A DNA stretch of 64,000 nucleotides from Candidatus Hodarchaeota archaeon. GTDB lineage: Archaea; Asgardarchaeota; Heimdallarchaeia; Hodarchaeales; Hodarchaeaceae. Of the stretch, positions 1-10,066 are shown piece after piece. The DNA is taken from contig JAEOTM010000204.1 of NCBI GenBank assembly GCA_016839815.1, forward strand, positions 32,001-96,000, written 5' to 3'. How positions within the stretch are numbered: the stretch's first letter is position 1; each line of letters opens with the position of its first letter. The translations under genes were made by a program, and so were the position numbers. The notes under the pieces were generated by a model that saw only the letters and a program-made list of their open reading frames with translations, was not told where the DNA came from and did no database searches.

Positions 1-1
1 T

Positions 2-1057
2 TCTCAACAAGAGATTGGCGTAGTGGTCTCAGGTACGAAAAGTACACTACTCTCTCAGGGACTTCCGCACTTCAGTTATCAAGATATTGACAAATTAGTC
101 AAGACTATTCGTAAAGAGACAGCTCGTATTGTGGATAGTGAATTAACGCGGATAACCATCAAATCATTGGGTCGATTCAAGGAGGGATTATCTGAAGGTG
201 GTTTTATTGTCCAAGATGAATTATCACCTGAACAGAAAGAAGAATTAGAGAATCTGCGAGAATCAAATCAAGAATTTAAGATTCTAATCAAAGAAAAAAA
301 TTCTGAGCTAAAGCAACTAGAAGACGAAAGGACTGGAATCCTTTCTCAGCTTGCTGAAAAAACGGATAAAATGACCACATTAGACGCTGATGTCAAGCGT
401 GTTCGATCGCAGCTCGAAAATCAACAAAAAGAGCTTGAAGTTCATCAAACTCAATCTAAGGAATTGATCACTGAACTTGAAATGAAAGAAGCCTTAATCA
501 ACAAATTGAAAGAAAACGAGCTGATTCATGAGAAGGATATCCAAGAAGCATTAGCTTCCGTAGCGGAAACTTACCAAATTCAAGAAAACTATTATCAGCG
601 GATGCTTGAAGAAGGAATTCAGTCTCGGACAAAGGAAATCCGTCAAGAAATGAAGATTGATCTGGAAGAAATGAAAACAAAATTAGACACACAAAGTCAT
701 CGATTAGAGGAAACCACACGACAACATAGAATTACTGTAGATCGATTGGAAGAAGCTCTGACTCTTGCTGAAGAAGAACTTTCAGATGCTAAATCCGAAT
801 TGAAAAAAGCAATTACTGAACGTCTTGAGAAGAATGTACTGCTTGATTATACACAACGATTACTATCCACTCACCCGTTATACGCTTCAATCCTCATTTT
901 ATTGAATTTAGGAGGTGTCCTCGATCTTCCGACATTAGCCATGTCTGTAGGGGCACATCCACTTAAATTGAGACAGATGCTTGAAGACCTCGTAAGTAAG
1001 GGTTTAATTACCATATCTTCAGACGATCCTCCAACAATCGCTGCGGTAATGGTTTGA
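2..1057 (+). CDS. Long coiled-coil protein with C-terminal winged-helix-like domain (5'-truncated by the window edge)
   Basis: The frame stays open from base 2 to the GTG at 23. E/K/Q/L-rich heptad pattern. C-terminal LDLPTLAMSVGAHPLKLRQMLEDLVSKGLITI resembles a wHTH. Confidence 0.7.
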   Translation, partial: SQQEIGVVVSGTKSTLLSQGLPHFSYQDIDKLVKTIRKETARIVDSELTRITIKSLGRFKEGLSEGGFIVQDELSPEQKEELENLRESNQEFKILIKEKNSELKQLEDERTGILSQLAEKTDKMTTLDADVKRVRSQLENQQKELEVHQTQSKELITELEMKEALINKLKENELIHEKDIQEALASVAETYQIQENYYQRMLEEGIQSRTKEIRQEMKIDLEEMKTKLDTQSHRLEETTRQHRITVDRLEEALTLAEEELSDAKSELKKAITERLEKNVLLDYTQRLLSTHPLYASILILLNLGGVLDLPTLAMSVGAHPLKLRQMLEDLVSKGLITISSDDPPTIAAVMV

Positions 1058-1076
1058 GAATTCAGAAATTATTGAA

Positions 1077-3212
1077 TTAGTCGAAAGTAGGTTGATAATA
1101 GTTTTCAGCATAACTTTCTCTAAGACGGATCTGAACAGGCTTATTTTTGAGCATTTCAAAGATAGAAGAACTTGAGGAATTTAGCTCGAATTGGTCAGTT
1201 TTTATTAGTGTCACATTCTTATTAACTGATATCAAACACCGTCGTTCATCAGGTTTTGCTTTTAATAGGGAACTCATTTGATCATAAGTCTCTTTTGTAA
1301 CTCCTAATAAATTCGCAATTTTATATGGATCAAATTTCGAATAAAACATTGTAAGAACACCCGCATTCGTCAGCATGGGCAGATCTATTATTGGGTCTGT
1401 TCCTATAAAAACCATTGACACATCATATGCTCGTAATGTCCATGGTCCTCGACCAATTATTGATTTAGGGGTTGAATGCTTAAAGGGTGTTTGTGGTAAA
1501 AGCTTGTTAATTTCGTCCAGGATAATTACATTCTGAGGTAGTTTTTCCTCCTTGAAAGGAGGCCGAAATTTTCGAATGTAATAGTAAAGATACTGGAATA
1601 TTACTTCCAGGAGTAATTGACGGCCTCTAATATCCTCCATTGCTTCAAATGATGATAAATCCAAGATGATATTATGAGAAAGAAATTGAGAAATATCAAA
1701 AGTACTAGAAGTTACGGTAAAGCATCTTCCTGTATTCCCAAATAATAATTTTGTAATACGATTGATAGTGCCCGCAGAGGTGTTTTCTAAATATGCACCT
1801 TTAAGACCAAGGGCATTAGGTTTATTTAACCATTGCAGAAATAGTTTGAAGTCACCTTTTTCTTTGATAGTCTGAATTGTTGCTAATTGGATTAACCGTC
1901 TCATCTGAGGAGATAAAGAATCAGTATCATCAACTATATTCTCAAGTAATGAAACCACAAATTGAATATGATCTTCTGGGGATATTAATGGTTCACCCCG
2001 GGGATCTAATGGAATGTCAAAGATATTGATTCCCCAAGGAAACGAATTAGATCCAAGTTTAATATAGATAAAATCCTGACAAAATGTATGTACGGGGTAT
2101 ATATATTCACCTTTAGGATCGATAATTAGGAATTTCACTTGATTTTGATGAAATTCTTGAATTAAATTGAAGATAAATCTACTTTTCCCTTCTCCTGTCA
2201 TCCCGAATACCCCCATGTGTCGTGATAAATCTTTCCCTGAAAGAATCATAGGAGAAGATGATGTTTTTCCACTCATAATTGGTATACCAATTTTAATAGT
2301 TTCATCTGTATCAAGATGAGATGCTGGAGAAGATACTCTGTATTTTTCCTTATGAGGAACGATTTGATAGCCAAAAAGCGAGTACTGATTGGTAGGAAAT
2401 GATAGAAATCTCATGAGTGTAAAACCATCTGTGAGAAGAGATGGTTGAATTGAACGGTTTCTAACATGTGCTTTAAATCGATTGAAAGATCGTAAAAAAG
2501 CAGGATATTTTCGTGTCTTGATTCCATGGGCCTTTAAAAAGACAGCGACTCGTTCCAACTTAGTCTTAAGCTGCTCCTCTGTACGTTCGACTGCTAAAAA
2601 TCGAATCGCTAGATTAAAACAGCCAGATTCTTCCATAAGATTCATACTATAAGGTTGAAAGCGATGTTCAACTTTTCCTTCGTGAATATTAAATCTGACT
2701 TGGTTTCTATTGTTATTCTCTTCTTGGGAACGGAATTCGTTAGGAATTTTTTCAGAGATGAAATTAATCTGAAAAAGGGCAAAAGTGGGATCTTCAGTAA
2801 TGATTTCAAGTAATCCATTCATAAAATTTACGTGTGTTGTAGAGGGGATGGAATCTAACTCCAGACCGAGTAAACCTCCACTGTGAAGACACGGTTCTTC
2901 AGGATCGAGAAAAAATTTTGATTCAATCATACTCAAAAGCTTGGGTATCGGATCTCTACTTGGTTCCAAAAAATCTGAATGGAGTCCAAGAGAAGTTACA
3001 AATTGTTGAAGTGTCGCTATTGCAGATTGGGTATTCTCTTTGAAAAAACGTCTCTTAGGTTTAACATGCATGCATATGTGAACCGTTTTGGGTTCAAATA
3101 TTGCATATTCTAAAGTAAAAGTATGATGTACGTTTCTTAGAATATTAATGCAAGAATGATCAGTTTTTTCAGGTACGAATTCGAAATGAAATGAGGTAGG
3201 CCTAGCTTGCAA
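1077..3212 (-). CDS. HerA/VirB4-like (DUF87) P-loop ATPase
   Basis: Walker A GVFGMTGEGKS, IIDPKGEY motif, Walker B IILDEINK. The TTG start is uncertain. Confidence 0.85.
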   Translation of the reverse strand: MQARPTSFHFEFVPEKTDHSCINILRNVHHTFTLEYAIFEPKTVHICMHVKPKRRFFKENTQSAIATLQQFVTSLGLHSDFLEPSRDPIPKLLSMIESKFFLDPEEPCLHSGGLLGLELDSIPSTTHVNFMNGLLEIITEDPTFALFQINFISEKIPNEFRSQEENNNRNQVRFNIHEGKVEHRFQPYSMNLMEESGCFNLAIRFLAVERTEEQLKTKLERVAVFLKAHGIKTRKYPAFLRSFNRFKAHVRNRSIQPSLLTDGFTLMRFLSFPTNQYSLFGYQIVPHKEKYRVSSPASHLDTDETIKIGIPIMSGKTSSSPMILSGKDLSRHMGVFGMTGEGKSRFIFNLIQEFHQNQVKFLIIDPKGEYIYPVHTFCQDFIYIKLGSNSFPWGINIFDIPLDPRGEPLISPEDHIQFVVSLLENIVDDTDSLSPQMRRLIQLATIQTIKEKGDFKLFLQWLNKPNALGLKGAYLENTSAGTINRITKLLFGNTGRCFTVTSSTFDISQFLSHNIILDLSSFEAMEDIRGRQLLLEVIFQYLYYYIRKFRPPFKEEKLPQNVIILDEINKLLPQTPFKHSTPKSIIGRGPWTLRAYDVSMVFIGTDPIIDLPMLTNAGVLTMFYSKFDPYKIANLLGVTKETYDQMSSLLKAKPDERRCLISVNKNVTLIKTDQFELNSSSSSIFEMLKNKPVQIRLRESYAENYYQPTFD

Positions 3213-3244
3213 TGATTCCGACTCTTCTATGACGTACTCTCAGA

Positions 3245-3280
3245 TTATTTGTTCGAGGGTTCTGTTCTTGGTGGCATCAT
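3245..3280 (-). CDS. Putative 11-aa micro-ORF MMPPRTEPSNK, upstream of the ATPase
   Basis: ATGATGCCACCA...AAATAA with TTATAA about 28 nt upstream (leaderless spacing). Same length, MMPP start and K-TAA end as 16452-16487. Confidence 0.3.
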   Translation of the reverse strand: MMPPRTEPSNK

Positions 3281-3401
3281 AGAATTGATTTTTGTACCTG
3301 AATTATAAGCTCCTAAGAATTTCTAACCTCCTAGGATAGTCCTAAGATAACAGTTTCATTAAGAAAGAATGACGTAAAAGGATGATTTGACGACGATGAG
3401 A

Positions 3402-3752
3402 TTATTCTTTTGTCCAATTGCGCTTTTTATTAATTTCTTCTTTTTCTCGAAATGCCTCTTCCAAATCGATACCATACCGATTAGCAATTGCGCATAGGAA
3501 AATAAAAACATCCACTAATTCGTAAGATATTTGAGATGTATTCGAATTCAGGTCAATATTTAATCCTTCTTTCTTACGTACAGCTTTAAATAATTCTCCT
3601 ACCTCTTCTCCGAGTAGTAAGCATTTGTCAATGACTGATTGATCTTTAAAGTCTCTCTCCTGTTCTAGTTCAGCCACATACTTTTGATAATCAATCAAAG
3701 GTGGATTTACTTTAAGAAACGGCATTAGATATTCTCTTTCCTTCCAGGCCAT
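3402..3752 (-). CDS. MazG-like all-alpha NTP pyrophosphohydrolase
   Basis: LGEEVGELFKAVRK...ELVDVFIFLCAIAN motif. Confidence 0.9.
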   Translation of the reverse strand: MAWKEREYLMPFLKVNPPLIDYQKYVAELEQERDFKDQSVIDKCLLLGEEVGELFKAVRKKEGLNIDLNSNTSQISYELVDVFIFLCAIANRYGIDLEEAFREKEEINKKRNWTKE

Positions 3753-3777
3753 TTTCTTATACGATAATATTCAAACT

Positions 3778-4299
3778 TTATTGCCTCAGTATCATATCAG
3801 AATAAGAAATATCAATCAAGTCTTCTGCAGGGATTTGGAATAACTGTTGATAATAATCACATTGTTCCTGTAATTTTGCAGTACCAATTGATCCATCACT
3901 ATCAATTGCTTCTACTTCGACGAAATTTCCAAGATTCTTCACAGTATCAATATGAAATTTGACATTATCAATAAAAAAGATTTCACGCTCTTTATCGACA
4001 ATTGTTAACACACCTAAGGTTTTTATCAAGATTTCTTTTAATGAAGAAGTGTTATCTGCTTCAGGATGATGAAGAATTACTGTCGATTGCTTAGCATTTG
4101 CCACATTAGGCCTTTCATAATGAATCAATGCATTTTCAATATTTCCTTCCCGAAGCTTTAAGCGTCCAGATTGCACTTTGAAGTAGGTGTCAATTTGGTG
4201 ATCTTTTCCCTTAAAAAATGGATCTTTCGATAATAAGATCGACCGGATCTCCTTGGAATTCCTGCAATGAGCCTTAAACTCAATATTGATGTGTATCAT
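3778..4299 (-). CDS. CYTH-domain protein (class IV adenylate cyclase-like triphosphate tunnel enzyme)
   Basis: NIEFKA, QIDTYF, RLKLRE and FVEVE motifs. Confidence 0.9.
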   Translation of the reverse strand: MIHINIEFKAHCRNSKEIRSILLSKDPFFKGKDHQIDTYFKVQSGRLKLREGNIENALIHYERPNVANAKQSTVILHHPEADNTSSLKEILIKTLGVLTIVDKEREIFFIDNVKFHIDTVKNLGNFVEVEAIDSDGSIGTAKLQEQCDYYQQLFQIPAEDLIDISYSDMILRQ

Positions 4300-4983
4300 C
4301 TAGAGTAAATCCCTAATTATCCCTAAAACTTTTTGTATGGATTCTTCGGATTCTTCTGTGTTATTAAAAGGAAGGCGGATTACTTTCATTCCGCGACTCC
4401 ATGCTGGATAGGCCGATTCGATTTCGGATAACAACTCCAAATAGCCCTGTTCTAATTCTTGAAGATAAGCCAGAGGAATAAGATCTCCACGTTCAGCTTT
4501 CCGATCTCTATTCTTAATTCGGTGTTGGGCAATTTCTGGAGATACTTCCATAAAAATAATAACACTGGGAGGGATGAGTGAATTGGTCATAACTGAATAC
4601 GCTCGTTCGTAAATAGCCCATTCAATTTTATCCATTTTTCCTGCGTTATACAACATCTTAGCAAAAACACGATCACCTGGAAGTCCTCTATCAATAACTA
4701 CTCCCTTTCCTGTAATAGATTCAAAAGAACCCAGTTTTTGTAATGCATACCGGCGATGGAGAAGATCTATCTGCATGGCAAACGCCCAGCGGTCCTGATC
4801 TTTGTAAAACATTTCTAGTAATTCTAAATTTACAGGTTCATATATAGCACGAAAATCTAGTTTTCTGGAAATAGCTTTGGTCAATGTAGTCTTACCACAC
4901 CCAATTATCCCTTCAATCCAGATAACTGGTTTAGGGGTTGCTTCAAAAAGCTTATCTAGTTGAGTTTCCATTGCATACGACAT
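4300..4983 (-). CDS. Deoxynucleoside kinase
   Basis: IEGIIGCGKTT P-loop, YEPV, DR...DRVFA motif, lid RIKNRDRKAE. Confidence 0.9.
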   Translation of the reverse strand: MSYAMETQLDKLFEATPKPVIWIEGIIGCGKTTLTKAISRKLDFRAIYEPVNLELLEMFYKDQDRWAFAMQIDLLHRRYALQKLGSFESITGKGVVIDRGLPGDRVFAKMLYNAGKMDKIEWAIYERAYSVMTNSLIPPSVIIFMEVSPEIAQHRIKNRDRKAERGDLIPLAYLQELEQGYLELLSEIESAYPAWSRGMKVIRLPFNNTEESEESIQKVLGIIRDLL

Positions 4984-5321
4984 CCATAGAAGAAATAATT
5001 CTTATTTCTATTTCTTAAATCGGTTTCAATTAAGCTTACAATATTACGTATGATAAAGGAACACCAAAATCTAACTTTTATGTTTCTCAAATGTGATTGA
5101 TTTTGATGTGAGTCGGAATAAATACTATTTTACTCTCAGGATTAAAAATCCATTCGTCTACTCGGGAAGTAGTACCCAATTGATACATTTTGAGACGTTC
5201 AATTGATTACTTCTTAGAATAAAGCGAATAAAACTTTCTAGACTAAAATAAATAAAATTCTATTGAAAGAAGTATCAACCAAAGGATGGAGAGTAACCTA
5301 AATTTACCCATGTACATCTGT

Positions 5322-5385
5322 GTTCTAAAGTTAGTACAGGTTTATAGGGTGTTAGAACACCTCAGAGCGATAGAAAGGTTTAAAT
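5322..5385 (+). promoter_or_regulatory. Putative promoter/operator with a GTWCYAAM-GTTAGWAC imperfect palindrome and TATA-like TTTAAA
   Basis: gttctaaagttagtac at 5322-5337, gttagaac at 5351, tagaaaggtttaaa at 5371-5384. The same layout occurs at 8303-8374. Confidence 0.55.
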
Positions 5386-5453
5386 CCAGTGTTTGTAAGG
5401 AAAAAATGATATATCTACAACGATTAACAGTGGAATCAAAGGATAAATATGAA

Positions 5454-7631
5454 ATGATAAAACGAAATGTCTTTTTATTGCTTCTAATAAACTTATTTCT
5501 ACTTTCATTTCTAAATTCATCTTATACTCCAATTTTGTTAACGCTACCTACTTCTTCAAATCAAAAAATTCAGGTTATTGATTATGGGGGAGATTCAAGT
5601 GAAAACCCACCTGAATCAATTACAATGATTAATCTTGTTATTGGAAGGAACAGGGTACCAATTTTCCACCCTATGCGTGATATTCACAACATTCTTTCAC
5701 TCCCATTTGATACGCTTGTAGAAGTAAATCCGACGACCGGGGAAGTACATCCGTCTTTAGCAAGACAATGGTTTGTTACCAGTGACAGTATGCATTACAC
5801 ATTCTATCTTCATGAAAATATTTATTGTCATGATGGATCAATTCTAAATGCTAGTGCTGTAGAGAGAACTTTTAATGCAATCCTTAATGAAAACAATTCA
5901 AGATTTCATCGTGAAGGTGGGTTACAGGAATTCTATACTACACCTCTTGACTCTGTAGAAATACTGAGTGAATACTCAATTCGAATAAATTTCTTTGAAC
6001 CATTTTCACCTTTCATCATGTCAATTGCTTCAAGAATTAGAATAGAATCACTCCTGGGTCCTGCTAATACTAGTACAGTAGAAGAAGTAGATTATGATTG
6101 GCCCATGGGAAGCGGTCCTTATGTTTTTCAGGGCGTAACTGCTGAAGAGGAATTTTATAACTATTCTTTCACTCGTTTTGAGAATTATTTCCGAGGATTA
6201 CCTCCTTTTAAGAACCTTCAGTATCATTTATACTTTGATCGCGAGTCTGCTGTTGAAGCTATAATTGCAGAAAAGGGGGATACCGCCCCTTACTTATCAT
6301 CTGTAATGAATTCCTCAGAATTAAACGAAAATTATTGGCAATATTACCCACTTCCCAGAGGGTTAGATTATGCTCTTCTAAATCATAATCGTGTTGAATT
6401 ATCTAATGAGAAAGTACGTCTAGCCCTGAATTATGCAATTGATAAAGAAGAGCATCAGAAGTACTTTAGTACTGATAAATATAGGAAATTTTATTACACA
6501 CACGATTTTATTTTAGACAACTCCTTACCGAGTAATTTCTCACGGCCTTTATATCCATATGATCTTTCGTATGCAAACCAGTTGTTGGATGAAGCTGGAT
6601 ATCCTGAAGGAATGGATGGTTATCGATTCTCCTTGGAAATTACAGGTCTTCCATGGATGGAATCCCATATTTTATTCTTACGTCCCTATCTTGACGCAAT
6701 TGGTATAAATTGTACCTATAAACCCCTAACTCCAACAAATTGGTGGGAAGTATACTATGCTGGTACATACGATATTTATATTGCTGGATATTCTTTTGAG
6801 TGGGATTGGATCTATAGTGCCTATTTAATGTTCCATTCAGATGGAACCGAGAATACTTGTGGAATTTCCGACCCTGATTTAGATTATTATATTGCACTCG
6901 CCTATCGAACTCCCCTGGGGATAGGACAGGAAAGACAAAGTTATCTAAACAGAATAAAACAGATACTCATAAATTACGCACCCCATATTCTTCTGAATGA
7001 ATTCGATTATGGCTGTTTAAAGACAAAAGAAGTCTCATCTTACGTTTGGTTCGATCCTATTCCATACTGGGGAATTTACTTCAATTATACCAGTTTTACT
7101 GAGACATTTCAACCACTAGTTGAGAGAGCAATAATTGACAGAGAATCAGTTTTTTTTCCATCAACAGATGGATTAATAACCACCGAGGATACATTAACAG
7201 TTTCGATTGAGCTTAGTCACGAACTACAGACATTTCTGCATGAATCAACAGAAACAGGGAAATTCTACAAAATTCTCGTCTCAAATCAAACAAGTAAATA
7301 CAGGCTTCGTTGTTTCTATGACTCAGACGAACTTCAAGGATTCCTTCCCGATGAACTTCATCTAAATAAGTGGGATAGCAATAGTCAGGTATGGAAGAAT
7401 ACTCAAATGGTTGAAAGAAATATCCTGTTCCAATATATCGAGATAGAGTTACGTGGTGATTCGATAATCCGCTTGGGAGAGAAAATTGAGGAATTTCTGC
7501 ATGTGATTACCTACAGGTTTCTACCAGGAATAACTATAGCCGTAGGAGTTCTTGTAACAATTGCAGCAGTGAGTATTCTTGCTAATAGAAAATTCACAAG
7601 GTATTTTAAGGAGGAATATCGATTAAAATGA
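5454..7631 (+). CDS. Family 5 (Opp/Dpp-like) solute-binding protein with C-terminal extension and membrane anchor
   Basis: FDTLV..NPTTGEVHPSLARQW, YTFYLHENIYCHDGS, GSGPY, VRLALNYAIDK. Signal peptide MIKRNVFLLLL makes 5454 a likelier start than 5286. C-terminal TM helix. Confidence 0.85.
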   Translation: MIKRNVFLLLLINLFLLSFLNSSYTPILLTLPTSSNQKIQVIDYGGDSSENPPESITMINLVIGRNRVPIFHPMRDIHNILSLPFDTLVEVNPTTGEVHPSLARQWFVTSDSMHYTFYLHENIYCHDGSILNASAVERTFNAILNENNSRFHREGGLQEFYTTPLDSVEILSEYSIRINFFEPFSPFIMSIASRIRIESLLGPANTSTVEEVDYDWPMGSGPYVFQGVTAEEEFYNYSFTRFENYFRGLPPFKNLQYHLYFDRESAVEAIIAEKGDTAPYLSSVMNSSELNENYWQYYPLPRGLDYALLNHNRVELSNEKVRLALNYAIDKEEHQKYFSTDKYRKFYYTHDFILDNSLPSNFSRPLYPYDLSYANQLLDEAGYPEGMDGYRFSLEITGLPWMESHILFLRPYLDAIGINCTYKPLTPTNWWEVYYAGTYDIYIAGYSFEWDWIYSAYLMFHSDGTENTCGISDPDLDYYIALAYRTPLGIGQERQSYLNRIKQILINYAPHILLNEFDYGCLKTKEVSSYVWFDPIPYWGIYFNYTSFTETFQPLVERAIIDRESVFFPSTDGLITTEDTLTVSIELSHELQTFLHESTETGKFYKILVSNQTSKYRLRCFYDSDELQGFLPDELHLNKWDSNSQVWKNTQMVERNILFQYIEIELRGDSIIRLGEKIEEFLHVITYRFLPGITIAVGVLVTIAAVSILANRKFTRYFKEEYRLK

Positions 7632-8203
7632 ACTCTCCACTCCAAGAGAATGATAATTCGAATCCTCCAATATTCTCATTATCATCTCATTATGGATCTG
7701 CAACCTTCATTCAAAATATTCTAGACTCAGGATCACCAACCATGTCAAAAGAATCACAAAAAACGTTACATGAAGATTTATTAAAAGGAAAGACTCTTCA
7801 AGTGTACTGGTGCCTTCTTACACATGGTAAAACAGGGGTTCGGGAAATCCAGCGTCTCCTTGATTTTTCATCGCCTGGAATTGTATCTTATCAACTGAAT
7901 AAATTAATTGAAGCAGGAATTGTAGCTAAAGACGAAGTGGGTGAGAAATATTATATTACTGAGGAAGTAAGGACCGGTATCCTAGGCTTTTATATCCGAT
8001 TTGGTTATCGAATTATTCCCCGTTTCACGATTTACTTATGTTTATGTATTTTAGGTTTATCTCTGTTTTTTTTGCTTGCATTGGTCATGGGAGATGACTT
8101 TATACAGCATCCAGGTAGTATTTTATTTTTTATTTCAATGGTTCTTGGAATTTTAGTTTTTGTTTTGGAATCAAAGAGAATTAGAGATCTGAAAATGCAT
8201 TGA
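7628..8203 (+). CDS. Membrane-anchored winged-helix transcription regulator
   Basis: LKGKTLQVYW...GVREIQRLLDFSSPGIVSYQLNKLIEAGIV wHTH followed by two TM helices. ATGA overlap with the SBP gene. Confidence 0.85.
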   Translation: MNSPLQENDNSNPPIFSLSSHYGSATFIQNILDSGSPTMSKESQKTLHEDLLKGKTLQVYWCLLTHGKTGVREIQRLLDFSSPGIVSYQLNKLIEAGIVAKDEVGEKYYITEEVRTGILGFYIRFGYRIIPRFTIYLCLCILGLSLFFLLALVMGDDFIQHPGSILFFISMVLGILVFVLESKRIRDLKMH

Positions 8204-8302
8204 AGAGGATATATTTCTATTTTTCAAATCTAAATGACTAAAGGTTCAGCTAAACGTATTGATGTGACATTTCTTTTAACCTTCAAATGGCCTTGTCAAG
8301 AT

Positions 8303-8374
8303 GTACTAACCATAGAACAGGTTAGTTCATTGTGTACCAACGTTAGAACGACAGAAAACCTAGAAACGTTTAAA
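8303..8374 (+). promoter_or_regulatory. Putative promoter/operator, second copy of the GTTAGWAC palindrome array
   Basis: gtactaaccatagaac at 8303, gttagttc at 8321, gtaccaacgttagaac at 8334-8349, tagaaacgtttaaa at 8361-8374. Confidence 0.55.
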
Positions 8375-8446
8375 AATATCTTTATTTTCTTAATTAGAAC
8401 ATGTATAGGGGTTGAAATGATAAACTATACATATTGAGGACAAAAA

Positions 8447-8956
8447 ATGAATAAAACAAAGAAATTTTCAGCTATTATAGGACTTACATTATTGGTAAGC
8501 ACCTTTTTGGCAGGAACAATGATAGTACAAGCGAAATCTTCACATACAAGGCTTAGTTTCGTATACACGCTAGTTCCTACAGATATGGGAGACCCTGAGC
8601 CATGGCAATCAGGGAAAGTATGGCATCTTCGAAATGTTGGTCATATCGGTGAGGCTTGGAGTGATACGGCAGATTTCTACGGAACGGTTAGTTACCTGGG
8701 GAATTTGAATCTTTTTGATGATCTAAATGCACCTACAACTATGAACAGCGTGGGTTGGGGTGCCTTTAGTTTTACAGGGTGGTATAATGGGGAATATGTG
8801 AGCTTTGAGGGGACCCTTGTTCTGAAGATAAACGATTTTTATGTAACAGGGATGTTTGTCTGCAAGGGAAGTGATGGATTTCAAGGAATGCGAATCATGG
8901 GGATTTTTGAAGGAATCATTGGGACAGTTTATTCTGCTCAATGTATTATTCATTAA
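8447..8956 (+). CDS. Secreted beta-rich hypothetical protein
   Basis: Signal peptide MNKTKKFSAIIGLTLLVSTFLAG, GAGG RBS, and a pyrimidine/T-tract after the stop. Confidence 0.75.
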   Translation: MNKTKKFSAIIGLTLLVSTFLAGTMIVQAKSSHTRLSFVYTLVPTDMGDPEPWQSGKVWHLRNVGHIGEAWSDTADFYGTVSYLGNLNLFDDLNAPTTMNSVGWGAFSFTGWYNGEYVSFEGTLVLKINDFYVTGMFVCKGSDGFQGMRIMGIFEGIIGTVYSAQCIIH

Positions 8957-9011
8957 ATAAACCAGGATTCCCCTTCCTCTTTTTTTTTGACAGATCTGTA
9001 TTCTACTAAAT

Positions 9012-9986
9012 TTACCAATGATCTGAATATTCATGTGCGAGAGTGAAGTATTTCTTAGAAAGTAAGAATAAATCTTCTTTTTTCTGATTGTCCTTCTCTT
9101 GAATCGCCTGAAATCCATAAACTTTACCACGAACAAATGCACGGTAACATTTAAAGAAGTCTATATTCTCAAGTATGAGATCATCTCCACTAAACTCAAT
9201 ATACATCTCTACAAAGTAATCTGATAGATCTTTTTCTCCCCAAAAATCGAGATCCATCGAAAGGAATCCAACATCCTCAGCTACATCTCCATATCGAAGG
9301 AGCGAATTGAATTCTATACAATCAAAAATCACAATTTTTGAATCAGGAGGTAAACAGATATTTCTAGCTTGGAAATCACCATGATTATCGGTTATCCGAT
9401 TTTCATTCATCCGCTCACGAAATAATCCTCGATTTCCTCGTAAAAAACAGGTCACCTTTTCACGAAATGTTTTATCTGCTGGATAGAAAGAAGCTGTTGT
9501 CCTAAAATTCTCGTCCCACTTCTCCCCGATATATTTCAAACCACCATATTCAGGAACTTTTGTAGTTTCATCATGAAAATTTGCAAGGGTTTCAGCAACT
9601 ACAGCTACAGATTCTTTTGTCACCTTTTTTTCCTTTAATAGGTTAACTAGGAGATAAGCTTCGTCTAAGCGTTTCATTTTTACGCCATACTCAATAATCG
9701 TCCCAAATCCATCAATCTTACCTGTATTATCTATTGTAAATGTATCTATATACAACTCAGGAGAAAATCGGGAATTTAACAATATTTCCTGTTCACAGAA
9801 TTCTTTTCGTAATTCGAGAGTGGTGAAATCTAATATTTCACCGAATTTAATGGGTTTTTTCACCTTATAAGCGAAATCTCCACTCAAAAAAACCCAAGAA
9901 AAGGGAGTTTCTCTCATAATGATGTTTTCCACTGGATACCCATAAGTAGAAGGACTGAGAAGCATTTTAGGTTGGAATTCATTCAT
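9012..9986 (-). CDS. APH-like kinase domain protein (COG2187 type, without the usual fused P-loop domain)
   Basis: ETPFSWVFLSGDFAYKVKKP, EILLNSRF, HGDFQARNI, IFDCIEFN, DVGFLSMDL. Confidence 0.85.
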   Translation of the reverse strand: MNEFQPKMLLSPSTYGYPVENIIMRETPFSWVFLSGDFAYKVKKPIKFGEILDFTTLELRKEFCEQEILLNSRFSPELYIDTFTIDNTGKIDGFGTIIEYGVKMKRLDEAYLLVNLLKEKKVTKESVAVVAETLANFHDETTKVPEYGGLKYIGEKWDENFRTTASFYPADKTFREKVTCFLRGNRGLFRERMNENRITDNHGDFQARNICLPPDSKIVIFDCIEFNSLLRYGDVAEDVGFLSMDLDFWGEKDLSDYFVEMYIEFSGDDLILENIDFFKCYRAFVRGKVYGFQAIQEKDNQKKEDLFLLSKKYFTLAHEYSDHW

Positions 9987-10066
9987 TTCTTCTCTACCTC
10001 TATAATGCATGAACTAGGAATGTAAGGAATGATATGAGGTCGAATCTATCAAAGATAAAAATTTAA

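Noticed and set aside
5286-5453. N-terminal extension of the SBP ORF, and ORF 8234-8437
   Set aside because: Both run over the shared promoter/operator motifs and have no protein-like features.
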